From assembly GCA_028534125.1 (NCBI GenBank), contig CM052817.1:75580001-75644000 (forward strand): DNA of 64,000 bases, written 5' to 3'. A model generated the notes under the pieces. That model ran no database searches, was not told the origin of the DNA, and saw nothing but the letters and a program-made list of their open reading frames with translations. The DNA comes from Lama glama. Lineage: Eukaryota. Shown here one piece after another: positions 1-12,636 of the stretch; the stretch's first letter is position 1; every line of letters starts with the position of its first letter. The position numbers and the translations under genes were made by a program.

Positions 1-318
1 AATGAACTTATATATAAAACAGAAACAGACTCACAGACATAGAATACAGACTTGTGGTTGCCAGGTGGGTGGTCTGTGGGAAGGAATAAACTGGGAGTTC
101 AAGATTTTCAGATACTGACAGATATATATAAAATAGATAAACAAGTTTATACTGTATAGCACAGGAAAATATATTCAATAGTAGTAGCTCGCAGTGAAAA
201 AGAATATGAAAATGAATATATGTATATTCATGTATGACTGAAGAATTATGCTGTACACCAGAAATTGACACAACCTTGTAAATGGACTATAACTCAATAA
301 AATAAATAAATAAATAAA
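1..318 (+). mobile_element. Young L1 3' UTR and (AAAT)n tail, 5' part outside the window
   Basis: Artiodactyl-type L1 3' UTR motifs (aaacagactcacagacataga, gcacaggaaaatatattcaata, ctgtacaccagaaattgacacaac), then AATAAA and an (AAAT)n tail. Confidence 0.92.
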
Positions 319-399
319 CACACTTCTGAAAAAGACCTCCTTCTGAGGGCAGAAAAAAACTTCAGGAAACTGTAATCTGTGAAAGTTTATTACCCCTTA

Positions 400-880
400 A
401 ATGTGCTATTGAATTTGATTTGCTAGTGTCATGTTAAGGATTTTTATATCAACATTCATCAGTGATACTGGCCTATAATGTTCTCTTTTTGTAGTGTCTT
501 TGTTTCTGTTATCAGAATAATGCATGCTCACCTCTTAGAATAAATTTGGAAGTGCTTACTCTTTTCGATTTTGGGGAAGCAATTGAGAAGGATTGGCATT
601 AATTCTTCTTTAAATGTATGGTAGAATTTACCAGTGAAGCCATCTGGTATTGGGCTTTCCTTTGTTACAAAGTGTTTGATTATTGATCAGACTCTTTCCT
701 ATATATAGGTCTGTTCAAATTTTCTGTTTCTTCATGATACATTCTTGATAGGTTGTATGTTTCTAGGAATTTATCCTTTGTGTCTAGGTTATCTAATTTG
801 TTGTTATATAGTTCATAGTCTCTTATAACCCTTTTTATTTCTGTGGCATTAATTGCAACATCTTATCTTTCATTTCTGAT
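400..880 (-). mobile_element. L1 ORF2 fragment (start of RT region), antisense
   Basis: The reverse complement of ggtagaatttaccagtgaagccatctggt encodes PDGFTGKFY, the L1 ORF2 GPDGFTGEFYQTFKEEL motif. A short + strand L1 terminal fragment follows at about 880-960. Confidence 0.88.
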
Positions 881-1529
881 TATAGTTAACAATACTGTGC
901 TGTACACTTAAAAATTTAAGAGAGTAGTTCTCATGTTATGTGTTCTTACCAAAATTTTTTTATTAAGTGAATTAGGAACAAGGCATGCATGGAAAGTACC
1001 ATAAGGCTGTAAAGAAAAAGGATCAAATAAAAGGCCCCCAAGATGTGATGATAAATCAATGGTATTAAAATAAAGAAGAAGGAAATAAAATGAAATAGGT
1101 ATTCATGTGATAAGGGAGAATTCAAAAGTGAATTAAAAGTCAACTCAAAATTTTCCTGTAGATGTTACAATGAAGCAAATTGTACTGTATTTGCTCCCTG
1201 AAACCAAATTATAAGAAGAAAAACACTAAATATTGAGCATCCCATTTATAACAAAATTAGAAAAAGTTCTAAGTCCCTTACATAGATACCAAAACTTTAT
1301 TTTTTTAAATGTAAACTTGAACTATGATAGAATTGAAAAAGAAATTTAAAAAAATCAATTATGGATAGAGAAGATTTGAACAACATAATTAGATAATTAG
1401 ACTGATGGGTGACCACATATACATACATATGCACACACCAAAAGAGAGGATGAAATAAGACAGAAATGTATATCTCTCTTATAAAAAATGTCTTGATGTA
1501 GCTGGTATAGGATTGATATGGCATTCTAA

Positions 1530-1755
1530 AGTGTTAAGACCGCCAGACTTCCTTTAACTCATTGCTTTATTTAACCTAATATGTAGTTTTCTAAGGATTC
1601 ATGGTATCTTAGACTCATGGTCCAAGATGGCTGTTGAAGTTCTAGCCGTGAAGTCTACATTCAAGCCATTTCAGATTTAGGAATCTACGTAAAAGTATCA
1701 CGTAATATTCCTGCTGACATCTCATTAGTTAAAATTTAGTCATATGATCAAAGAT
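1530..1755 (-). mobile_element. Old MaLR LTR fragment (MLT1J/K-like)
   Basis: The motifs catggtccaagatggctgttgaagttctagcc and ctgctgacatctcattagttaaaatttagtcatatga resemble old MLT1 LTRs in antisense. Confidence 0.55.
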
Positions 1756-2074
1756 TGCCCCGTGTCTTTCACAATCATTTTTTAAACTATTGTATCATAG
1801 AGAATTGCTACTGGAATCACAATAAGATATGGTTAATAAGTAAAACATAGGAAATTGTTTCTAGAGAAAAATGGTAGTTGTTGTGATTGAAGAGATGATG
1901 TGACCACAGAGATGATTTCAAATGTGTTGGTAATACAGTGGGTGCATGTCTGCTAATGTTACTATTATTTTAAATGGCATATATTTACATACTTGCATAT
2001 AAATGACTTATAACAACAATGCTGACTTAAATTAATTTAGCACACACACACAAACACATGCACACAGACACAAA

Positions 2075-2487
2075 CCATACCACTGCCCAGGTTTCCCTTT
2101 AAGACTGAGGCATTTCCTTTGTCAGCTGCATTAGCAGGGTACTTGCATGACTGATGGCTCTCAGTTAAGGGGCTCCCTGCATAGCTGCAGCACACAAGGT
2201 CATATCTTCCTCCTTACATGGGGAACACATATCCATTAACTGGTCTGTAAGTGGGGAGGAGAGCAGTATAAAGATCTGGCCGTTTTATGTAAAGCCATCA
2301 CGGTTCCAGAAGTCTCTGTAGGCTCTACTGAGATTTGTTGAAACTGAATCATCATTCAACTCTTCCTTCTACCCAACCTTACTTTCTTCTCTTCCCTCAG
2401 GAGTTAACCCATAGGAGATCCCCTAGTAGACTTCCTATGTGCAAATCTCTACCTCAGAGTCGTTTTTCCAGAAAACAACGTAAGAGA
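2075..2487 (+). mobile_element. ERVL solo LTR (LTR16-like)
   Basis: GC-richer island with a TATA-like gtataaag and the LTR16-type 3' end cttcctatgtgcaaatctctacctcagagtcgtttttccagaaaacaacgtaaga. Confidence 0.7.
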
Positions 2488-3664
2488 AAGAGGGTGGTGG
2501 CTAATGCTTGTCTTATCTGCTCACAAAAGCTTAATCAATTGTTAGATGAAACATTGCATAACAAATTGGAAATGTTTAATGACAAATTATAGATAAGCAT
2601 AGTTGTAAAAAATACCATTTTTTTGGTTTTATAATACAAGAATATTGCTTAATTTTCAAGTACTTCCCTATTTAAGATTTTGTTTGCAGAATCAAGAAAA
2701 ATCTATTATATTTCAATGAACTGTGTAAATTATAGGTATCATAGCTAAATTATTAATTCACAAAGAGTGTTAAAATGCAAGACAGTTTGGAGGGAAGAAG
2801 GAGTGCTAAATAAATCAATGGTGATTTTAATAAACTAGAAGCTTTTAGGTACTAAATCTGTCTGCATCTGATCTGAATTGCAATTACCTGTCAAAAATTC
2901 ATCCATCATCACAAGCTCCAAACAAACTTTCTTGGCAGCAGATGTTTGAAGAAAACTATTTCGTATGGCAAATTTTTCTTCTGGTTTACAACATCCTCAA
3001 GAATGACAGAAATTTCAGGGAACATTTCAGTCCAACTCAGCAATAACCTGTTAGGTAGAAAAAAATCATGGTTTACATAGCTTGCAAATATGTGCATTAT
3101 ACATAAACCATTCATACACAAATGAATAGTTTGATTACCATTGTTTCTAATAGCCATTAATCTTTTATTCTACTGTTTCAGTATTTTCCAGGAATACATA
3201 GAAATATATATTTTAACAATGGATTTATATTCTCATTTTATAATATATATTAAACTTTATAAATTGTATTTGGGTAAAATTAACTTAATATATCAGTACT
3301 TTTTAGTCTCCATTGAAAACTTAATAGGGTTCAGGGGATGTCATCTACAGTGACCTTGATGAAAGCAAAATCTAGAGGCATTATTGGTTAAACAGCAAAC
3401 TATGATTTTTAACCTTAGCTCCTCATATTTATTCTTTCTTTGAAAAAAAATTTGCCACTTTTTTAGATTTTCTGACAGTGCATTTTTAATTCAGTTTTTA
3501 TCTAAAAGTTTTTTATAGCTAAAACATACTGCTTGATACATAGCAGATTTTCATAATTATTGGTTCACTGAATGTGTGGATGCTCCTTTTTTGTCTATTT
3601 TAGTACTTGTAACATATATTCTTGAAAATATTTATTGCTTTGTGAACAAAACCTAATATTTTTA

Positions 3665-4975
3665 AAGAAAAACATGGAATAATATCTTGTGGCTTTAGGG
3701 GAAAAAGAGTTTTCCTTAGATAAGTAAAAAATGCAATATACGTAAATACACATAAATACATGATAAAGTAGACTTTTAATTAAAAACTTCTGTTAATCAA
3801 AATATACCATCAAGAAAATAAATAAGCATTCCACAAGTTGAAAGTAAATATTCATATACCATATAAAAGAGCTCCTAAAATTCAGTAATAAAAAGATAAA
3901 AAAAAATGATAAACACATGGGGAAAATGTTTAAATGATATTTACAAAGAGTTCACTAATGTCCAATGAACATGAAACATTTTTAGCCTTATTAGTTTTAG
4001 GACATTGTAAACTGAAACTACAATTAGATATCACCAAACCCACCAAATGGCTAAAACTAAGAACACTGAAAAGATAAAATGCTGGCATATACAGGGAATA
4101 CTAAAGTGCTCAGTTTTTGTTGCTGAAGTTGTAAAATGTTACAGTCACTTTGAAAAATATTCTGGCAGGTTTTGTTTTGGTTTTTTTTAATATATGTGCA
4201 CCTATATACACAACAAAACTCCGAACCAGCAATCTCACTCCTAGGCTTTTATAAAGATAAATAAAATGTGTGCATACAAAAGCAGAAATAAAAATGAAAA
4301 CAAAAAGCCTAGCGTAACTCATAATATCCCAAAACTGGAAATCAGCCGAGTGTCCATCATATGGGATTGATAAACAAAACCTGTGGTATATTTATACAAT
4401 TAAATAAAAATGTAAAGAAACAAACTAGTGATATATGTAATCAGACAAATGAATCTCAGAACTTTGTATTGAGTGAAAGAAGTCTTATAAAAACAAGTTG
4501 AATTTCTCTCTCACATAGTGCAAAATTCATCTATGGTCAAAAAAAATAGAACAGTGAGATTGCTTCTGGGGTAATGACTAGTGACTGACCAGAAAAGGAC
4601 ATATGGAAACTTTCTGAGGTGATAGTAATATTATTTTATTGTGTCAAGAATTTAAGTCACTAAATATGTATGCAGCTGTCAAAACTCTGAGTATGTATCC
4701 TTAAGATTTGTATGTTGCATGTAAATTTTACCTAAAATTCTATGCAATAATATTTAACTCTGCTAAACAAAATGTATGCCAAAATGTTTATATTTCATGA
4801 AATTTGCTTACAAAGATATCAGAAAAGAAACATGAAATGGTAAATGAATAGCAAGATCTATAAAAATGTGATAAAGCAAGTATAGTAAAGATTAGTAAAA
4901 GGTGATTGAATGTTCATTCTAAATTTTTTAATCTTTGTTTTTGAAAACTTTCATAATAGAATATTAGAATAAATG
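3665..4975 (+). mobile_element. Old L1M (L1MC/MD-like) ORF2 3' end and 3' UTR
   Basis: Degenerate L1 motifs aaaacttctgttaatcaaaatataccatcaag, ccagcaatctcactcctagg, ccaaaactggaaatcagccgagtgtccatc and aatctcagaactttgtattgagtgaaagaag. Confidence 0.8.
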
Positions 4976-5039
4976 TGGAAATATAAAGAAGCTAGGGTAC
5001 ATTTCACCAAATGAAGTAGCCTCATTCCCCCAAGATCCT

Positions 5040-6120
5040 CCCTCATACAATCACAGATGCCTAGGCATAACAAAGTAGCAAGCAAAGAAGACTGAATGTT
5101 GGAAAAAGAAATTTGGACAGCCTATAGACCTCAGGACTTCAAGAATGACATGGTGATGAGTTCCCTGGGCACCCTTATTGTCTTTCGTATATAGCAGACA
5201 AAGCTCTAAAGAAGCCTGAACCCCTGAAATGATGAAAGACAGACAAAATAAAAAAGGTTTGAGAAAGCCTTTATGCTCTAGCAAAATGATTAGGAAAAAT
5301 GGTAATCTAGTAACAGCAAACCATTTTGGCAATAATCATCCCACTCCAGTGAAACAGAAAAATAGTACCATTCCTACTCATGGTTTCAGTTAGGCCAACT
5401 AAATTAGTAACATTAATAATTAATGTGTTAATTAGTGCAATAATGAAGATTGAGCAAAAATCTATGAAATAGATAATAGACAGATGATAAAGAAAATTAA
5501 CAAAGACAAAAGTTGATTCCTTGAAAAGATGAATAAAATTAATAGATTGCTAACACTACTGAGAAAGGGAGAAAGAAGGAGTAATATATGGACTACTTTA
5601 TGACAAAAAATTCACCACTTAGGGAATATGAATTTAAGATATGTGGAACGTTTTAAAACCTTATTTTTGCTAAAGAAAATGTAATTCATTATCAAAAAAT
5701 ATTTCCACAAAAACCTGGACCAAATAGTTTGCCAAATAGTTTACTAAAATAAATAATAATAAAGAAAATGTTTCCAGAAAGGAGAGAAAGATGCACATTA
5801 TTTTTATGAAGTCAGCATTAGTATGGTACAAACACTGGATAAATGTGCTATGCAGTATTTATAGATCAATACAAGCATAAACCCTTAACAAAGTATAGGC
5901 AAATCAAATTTAAAAATATGTAAACAGGATGATACATCATGGCTAAATGCTATTTTTCCCAGAAAAATAAATTTGCATTAACATTCAAAAATTATGTAAC
6001 ATATTTTACCATATATAATATAGTAAAATAAATAGTATGATTATCTTACTAGATGAATATTAATTTGACAAAATTTATCATCCATTCTTGATAAAATTCC
6101 TGAGCAAGCTAGGAAGAGAA
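5040..6120 (+). mobile_element. Old L1M fragments (probable 5' region about 5040-5400; ORF2 about 5430-6120)
   Basis: A-rich degenerate ORF2 sequence (aaagttgattccttgaaaagatgaataaaatt; aaaacctggaccaaatagttt; gataaaattcctgagcaagctagga). The 5' portion is assigned with less certainty. Confidence 0.65.
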
Positions 6121-7534
6121 CGAACAAAGCTGGAGGAATAACTTTCTCAAACTTCACGCGAAACTACCGAGCTACAGTAGACAAAACAGCATGATACTGG
6201 CACAAAAAAAGACATATGAATCAATGGAACAGAATAGAGAGCCCAACAATAAACCCACACACCTATGGTCAGTTAATCTTCAACAAAGTAGGCAAGAATA
6301 TACAATGGAGTAAATAGTCTCTTTGACAAGTAGTGTTGGACAGCCACATGCAAATCAAAGAAGTTAGAACACTCCCTCACATCACACACAAAAATAAACT
6401 CAAAATGGCTTAAAGACTTAAACTTAATACAAGACACGATAAACTTCCTAGAAGAGAACATAGGCAAAACATTATCTGACATAAATCTTATCAATGTTCT
6501 CCTAGGGCAGCCTACCCAGGCAGAAGAAATAAAAGCAAAAATAAACAAATGGGACCTAATTAAACCTGTAAGTTTTGGCACAGCAGAGGAAACCAAAAAT
6601 AAACCAAAAAACAACCTATGGAATGGGAGAAAATATTTGCAAATGATGCGATTAGCAAGGGCTTAAATTCCAGGATATATAAATAGCTCATACATCTTAA
6701 TAACAAAAAAACAAACAACCCAATCCAAAAATGAGCAGAAGACCTAAACAAGCCGTTCTACAGTGAAGACGTTCAAATGGCCAATAGGCACATGAAAAAA
6801 TGCTCAATATCACTAATTATGGGAGAATTGCAAATCAAACTATCATGAGGTATCGCCTCACTCCAGTCAGAATGGCCATCATTAAAAATCCACAAATGAT
6901 AAATGCTGGAGAGAGTGTGGAGAAAACCCTCCTACACTGTTGGTGGAAATGTAATTTGGTGCAGCCATTATGGAAAACAATAAGGAGATTCCTTAAAAAA
7001 CTGAAAATAGATTTACCCTGTGATCCAACAATCCCACTCCTGGGCATATACCTGAAGGAAACTCTAATTCAAAAAGATACATGCACCCTAATATTCATAG
7101 CAGCACTATTTACAATAGCCAAGACATGGAAGCAACCTAAATGTCCATCAACAGATGACTGGATAAGAAGTATAATGGAATACTACTCAACCATAAAAAC
7201 AAAATAATTTGCAGCAACATGGATGGACCTGGAGATTGTCATGCTAAGTGAAGTAAGCCAGGAAGAGAAAGAAAATTACTATATGATATCACTTATATGT
7301 AGAATCAGAAAAAAAAAAAGGACATAAACTCACAGACATAGAAAATATGGTTACCAGGGGGAAAGTGGGGGCTGGGGGGAGGATAAATAGGGAGTTTGAG
7401 ATTTGTAGATACTAACTGCTATATATAAATTAGGTGAACAACAAGGTCCTATTATATAGCACAGGGAACTATATTCAATACCTTGTAATGGGCTATAATG
7501 AAAAAAAGATATGGAAAGAAGTGTGTGTGTGTAA

Positions 7535-7620
<86 letters not shown>

Positions 7621-7691
7621 CTGAATCACTATGCTGAACACCAGAAATTAACACAATGTTGTAAATCAACTGTACTTCAATAAAAAAAAAA
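6121..7691 (+). mobile_element. Young 5'-truncated L1: ORF2 C-terminus, 3' UTR and poly(A)
   Basis: ORF 6800-7207 translates to the L1 ORF2p C-terminal domain ([14 protein letters not shown]...[15 protein letters not shown]...KTWKQPKCPSTDDWI). A G-rich 3' UTR tract follows, with AATAAA plus poly(A) at about 7679-7691. The frame is disrupted, so it is non-functional. Confidence 0.95.
7521..7618. repeat. Compound (GT)n/(AT)n microsatellite inside the L1 3' UTR
   Basis: Directly visible dinucleotide arrays. They explain the low-complexity ORFs at 7351-7705. Confidence 0.97.
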
Positions 7692-10020
7692 CTTCTGTTA
7701 ATCAAAATACACTATCAAGTAGAGAAATAAAGTAGACAAAAACAAATGCTAAATATTTGTAAAACACATAGCAATTAAATAACATATTGAGAATACATAA
7801 AGAACTCCTCCATCTTAGGGCTGAGATATTTGCAGCATTTTTTTGGCTCTAAATACTAATGAAATGCTCAAAGAAATGTGTAAAACACAAATAAGCCATC
7901 TTAAAGAGACTCCTTCTCACCTAATCTGGGACAATGTGTCAAAATACACAGTGACAGAATGTATATAACCTATTGGATTAAAAAAGCCAAAAGTCCTTGT
8001 TTATGTAAGTATGTCAGTGATAGAGGAGAAGGAAAAAAAAAAAAAACTTAAGGTAGAGTGCTAACTGTATATTCAAAAAATCCTAAAATCAGTGAGTGAA
8101 AAGTTAAGAAACAGTGTATTTTTTTAGTTTCAAAATGGATTCTCCATTATTACTTATTAATTACAAAGGGGAAAATGACTTCAATACTGTGGGAAAACCC
8201 TGAGAGTAATTCCTTAATCAAATGACTAAAATTAACATCACCATTAATGAGATAAAACAAGTATCTTTCTTCCTGATGTGATGCATCTGGAAAGACATTT
8301 TTGCCAAAATGTGTATAAGCTCAAATGAAGCATAAAGAATTATAACAAACATCCAAATAGAGGAACATTTTCTAAAATTACTGTCAAAATCAGAAGAGTC
8401 AAAGAAAGACTGAGAAAATGTTCCAGATTAAAGGAGATTACTAACACATAACAACTAAATGCAATGCATGGGCTAAAATTGGATCTTGAGCTGGAAAAAA
8501 AAAAGTATAGTTCCATATTGTACCTTGAGACAATTAAAATTAAAATGTACTGTAAATTAGATGATAATACTGTTACCATATCAAATTTTATGGCTTCAAT
8601 AACAGTGTTGTGATAAATACATTCCACATTTGGACCAAGGACTTTGAGGGAAAAAACACATGGAAATATTTACTGGTAAACGAGCATATTTCCAGCCTGT
8701 TCTCAAATGTCACCCTTCCCTTTGTCTACTTGTGTCAGTCTATAAAAATAACTGTGCAAACTGAAATCACACAAAGCCATCCTAACAATCAGTGGGAAAA
8801 TTTACTGTGTTCTGTGACCTTTAACATTTTTATCAAAACATAAAAAATTATCTTACTTTCAGTTATAATGTATAGGGAAATTAAAGTAAGTGAAATCGAT
8901 ATTTATTTTAAACACTGGAATTTAAAATGTTAGAAACATTTACAGTTAAATTATTTTACTTTTTAATGTAAAACTTATCAAGGTAAATTTGAATATTGCT
9001 TGCTTTCTTCTTCCACTGTAATTTACATGTGTGCACCTTTTTTCTACCTTAGGGAATTACTATTCTGCTTCTTAAGTAAGGATTAGCTTCTAATATTTTA
9101 TCCTTTGCACTTCCAATATTGTGAAATATCTCTGAGAGTTCCTTTAATGTGACTTTTTTTTTTTTTACCAGCATCACTTCTGGAGCATCGTCATCTTTTT
9201 TGTTGTAACTGTTTGCCTCATTTATGTCCATAAGTTTGCCTTCACTAACTCCCTCTAGCTGCATACCTAGTCTCTCAAATGTCAATGGAATCAACATCCC
9301 CTTGGTTGGTTTCTGTTTCTTCCCTGACTCCATTTATGTTCAATTTGAATTTCACTCCAGCATTACCACTTTTCATTTATTTGTTGCACTTTCAACTTTG
9401 TCAGCCAATTTCCTCTTTCAATAATTCATTTTTATAAAATGTCACATGGGTTTATCACTGGGCGATAAGAAAGTGACACAGCTACACCCTTTTCTGTTTG
9501 TAAATGAGCTGAATACGGATAACAGCAAAAGAATACTGACAGACTCTGAAAGAAGTGGTATGATTAGTCACTGATCATGATGTACATGTGTTATTTATGT
9601 AGTTATTTGTGGGACTGATGAGCTAGCAGCAAAGTTTATACTTTGTGCAATCACACACAGTTAATATTCCACAGAAGCTGAAATCTGAACTTCATTGTTG
9701 GGGAATGGTATTATTTAATTAATATTAATTAAAATGTGGTAACAAATTCATTCTTATGGAAGCCATGTAAGGCTTTTGTGTAGGGGTGTGTGCGTGCATG
9801 TGCATGCTTGTGCAAGCAAGGGCACAGTTGTGCACACAAATTTTTGTGTTTTTGTGTTTTTGTATTAAGACATAGAAAGAGACAGGGAAAGGGAAGCCAA
9901 TGGGAAAAAATGTACCCAATTGTTAATCTGTGTAAAAGTATTTATGGGACGTCTTTGTACTTTTCTTAAAACTTTTATGTAAGTTTTGAATCATATAATA
10001 AAAAATTATGATAGTGAAAT
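7692..10020 (+). mobile_element. Old L1MC-like 3' region, interrupted by a Tigger at about 8710-9775
   Basis: L1MC-type 3' UTR motifs (ttaacatcaccattaatgaga; gttccagattaaaggagattactaacacataacaactaaatgcaatgcatg), resuming after the Tigger with tctttgtacttttcttaaaacttttatgtaagttt. Confidence 0.7.
8710..9775 (-). mobile_element. TcMar-Tigger DNA transposon, internally deleted (Tigger6-like; subfamily uncertain)
   Basis: ORF 9049-9333(-) gives an acidic Tigger transposase C-terminal remnant (MQLEGVSEGKLMDINE...TLKELSEIFHNIGSAKDKILEANP). The flanks resemble recalled Tigger subterminal sequence (cagtgataaacccatgtgacattttataaaaatg on the - strand). Confidence 0.8.
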
Positions 10021-11334
10021 AAAGAAATAAATGAAATACTAGGTTCCTCTTTAAGAATTTTAGGTATTAATGTAATGGAACGTTTCTCAAATTACAATTA
10101 AATTAAAAGGTTCTTTTGTGTCATCAGTTGTATGGTCCATTTGTCCTTAAATTGGTTTTAAGCTCATCATAGTTACTGTACCTATTTCAGAGTAATTATG
10201 TAGATGAGTCTTCTTGAAAATGGCACTTCTGCCCCAGCAGCATTATAATAAATGAGTTAAAGATTGAGAATTCAATTGTTGTCCATGTATTATCATGCAA
10301 TTATAGGATTTTAGTGACATCTTTATTATTACTTAATTCAGTAGCATTTGTACATAGGAAATATGCCTTTGGGACATTCACAACTTGAACCAAAGAGCCC
10401 TCTACAAAGATTGAAAAAGATAAGCCCCAAGTCTGGTGTAAATGCTAAATATTATGTTGCTCAGGAATGCCTGATTTATTGATCTTGTTCTAGTTTCTCA
10501 GGCCTGAACTCACAACTTTATTTAGTGAAGCAGAGCTAGTTAAGATATCTTAACTCATCAGTTGACTGGTTTTGTTTTCATTTTGGTTGTTGTGTATTGA
10601 CATATAGATGTGTTACATCCTGAAATTATGGTGCAAGACTAGTGATGCTTCCTTAAAATATCCATAATAAAAAAATCCAGGAGTAGATGGAGAACATAAG
10701 AAGTTAAAGTTTTAGTAGAGATCACAAATGCAATCAGAGATGTTATTAGAAAAATGCTAAAATGATAAATTGATCTGTTGCTCAAAAATATAATAACACT
10801 TGTCACTGAATGATACATTTTTAATGAGTAAAATAGATCAGAAATGTAACAAGTTTTGCACTTCTCTAGTATTTCCTAGGAAAGATTCTCAACTTGATCA
10901 TGTTTTCTATTTTTATTTTATTTACTTTTTTCATCCAGGTAACCAGGTCTACAATTTGAGATATCTACCAGAAACATCTTTTTGTGAATAGAAATCTGTC
11001 AATAACCCTGTTATAAATATTTGTTCATAGTGCTGTTAATTTTAACTAATAGTTTTTATTTCATCTCCTATTTTATATTATTTTAGATTAAAAGCTCTAA
11101 GCATTTTCATATATGAATAATTGGAATTGACTTCAACTTGATATAAATTATAAGCATCTCAATAATTTTATAAAAGTTTCTGTTTATTCACCATTTACTC
11201 ACCTAAATATGTATCCCTTTTTGGTTTCATTCAGAAAATTGATTTGGGGAAAAACAAAAATGAAAACAAAGAGAACATGTGTGTAGAAAGAAAACATATG
11301 CTTGTAACCACTTAGGGAATAGGTCTAAGCCATG

Positions 11335-12270
11335 GACACTATGGTTCCCTAAGCATGTCTCCACTAGTGAGAATGGCTGCACAGCTTATAGCGGAATCCC
11401 TTTCCAGTAATCAGATGAAGGGAGCTGCCTCGACAGTATTTTGGTCCTCCCGGAGGGGAACTGAAGTTCAGTGGCTGATTGGAGAGGATCAGGAGAGGTG
11501 TTGTTTTTTTTTAAAATTTTTTTTTTAATTAAAGTATAGTTAGTTTACACTGTAATGTCAATTTGTGGTATACAGCATAGTGTTTCAGTCATACATATAC
11601 TCCTTTTTATAATCTTTTTCGTTATAGCTTACTACAAGATATTGAATATAGTTCCCTGTGCTATACAATATAAACTTGTTGTATATCTATTTTATATATA
11701 GTAGTTTGTATCTGCAAATCTTGAACCCCAATTTATCCCTTTCTACCCTCTTTCTCCCCTGGTAACCATAAGTTTGTTTTCTATGTCTGTGAGTCTGTTT
11801 CAATTTTGTAAATAAGTTCACTTGTGTCTTTTTTATTTATTTTATTTTTTTTTTAGATTCCACACATGAGTGATATCATACAGTGTTTTTCTTTCTCTTT
11901 CTGGCTTACTTCACTTAGAATGACGATCTCCAGGTCCATCTGTGTTGCTGCAAACGGCATTATTTTATTCTTTTGTATGGCTGAATAGTATTCCATTGTA
12001 TAAATATACCTCAGCTTCTTTATGGAGTGGGGGAGTTTTGAGAGGCCTGAGAATCTTTTTTCTAATTAATATACCTCTGGAAGAATCATCCCATCTCTAG
12101 AGCTCTGGTATAATTATCTGAGGGTGAAGTTATGACTGCTTTGTAGTTTGATTTCTCCCTCACCCAAGACTACTTCCATAGGTGTGGTTCCTCAGGATAT
12201 GCCATAATTAAATCACCAACACATAAATCTCTCCCTCAGAGTCTTATTTTTGAGCAACCTAACCCAAGAT
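11335..12270 (+). mobile_element. ERVL solo LTR (LTR16-like), split by an L1 insertion
   Basis: 5' half at about 11335-11500 and 3' half at about 12024-12270, ending in aaatctctccctcagagtcttatttttgagcaacctaacccaaga (LTR16-type terminus). Confidence 0.65.
11508..12023 (-). mobile_element. Young 5'-truncated L1 3' UTR, antisense
   Basis: Starts with poly(T), followed by the reverse complement of the same 3' UTR type as 7200-7690 (gttccctgtgctatacaa; ctatgtctgtgagtctgttt). Degenerate TSD 11492-11507 / 12024-12039 (12 of 16 match). Confidence 0.92.
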
Positions 12271-12441
12271 GGATAAGGATTCAGTCCCTGAGAGAAAATT
12301 TTATTATTATAACAGTGTTCTGGCACTCCTTCAAAGTCTTTGGTATTTAATGCCAATGTCTGCCTATTCATGCATCAAATATTATGACTATAAAATATAT
12401 TAGAATGATATGCCAAAAAGATGGAAGACAGTGTCTTAGAG

Positions 12442-12636
12442 CAATGGTTCATAGACCTAATTTTTTTTTTTTTAATAGAATTACCTGGAGAGCTTGATAG
12501 AACTCAGATTGTGGGCCTTCACTCCCAGAACTTCAGATTCAAGTGGTCTGGGGTGGGAGCCAAAATTTTGCATTTTTAACAAGTTCTCAGGTGATTCTGA
12601 TGCTGCTGTTTTGGAGACCACACTTTGAAAGAGATG
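12442..12636 (+). mobile_element. MER5A (hAT-Charlie MITE)
   Basis: caatggttc...agaattacctggagagcttg...ttcagattcaagtggtctggggtggg...tgcatttttaacaagttctcaggtgattctgatgctgctg...gaccacactttga matches the MER5A layout. Confidence 0.88.

Noticed and set aside
400..960. Twin-primed L1 (antisense ORF2 piece joined to a sense 3' terminus)
   Set aside because: No TSD was found and the two pieces are kilobases apart in the L1 consensus; more likely separate fragments.
6800..7207. Longest ORF (135 aa) as a host gene
   Set aside because: It is the L1 ORF2p C-terminus of a truncated, frameshifted element.
7357..7392. G-quadruplex-capable tract as a novel element
   Set aside because: It is the known G-rich tract of L1 3' UTRs.
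7351..7705. ORFs with YI/TH/VC repeats, also at 53636-53929
   Set aside because: Translation artefacts of dinucleotide microsatellites.
10538..10555. Perfect 18-bp palindrome AGTTAAGATATCTTAACT
   Set aside because: About one AT-rich palindrome of this length is expected by chance in 64 kb (rough estimate), and there is no supporting context.
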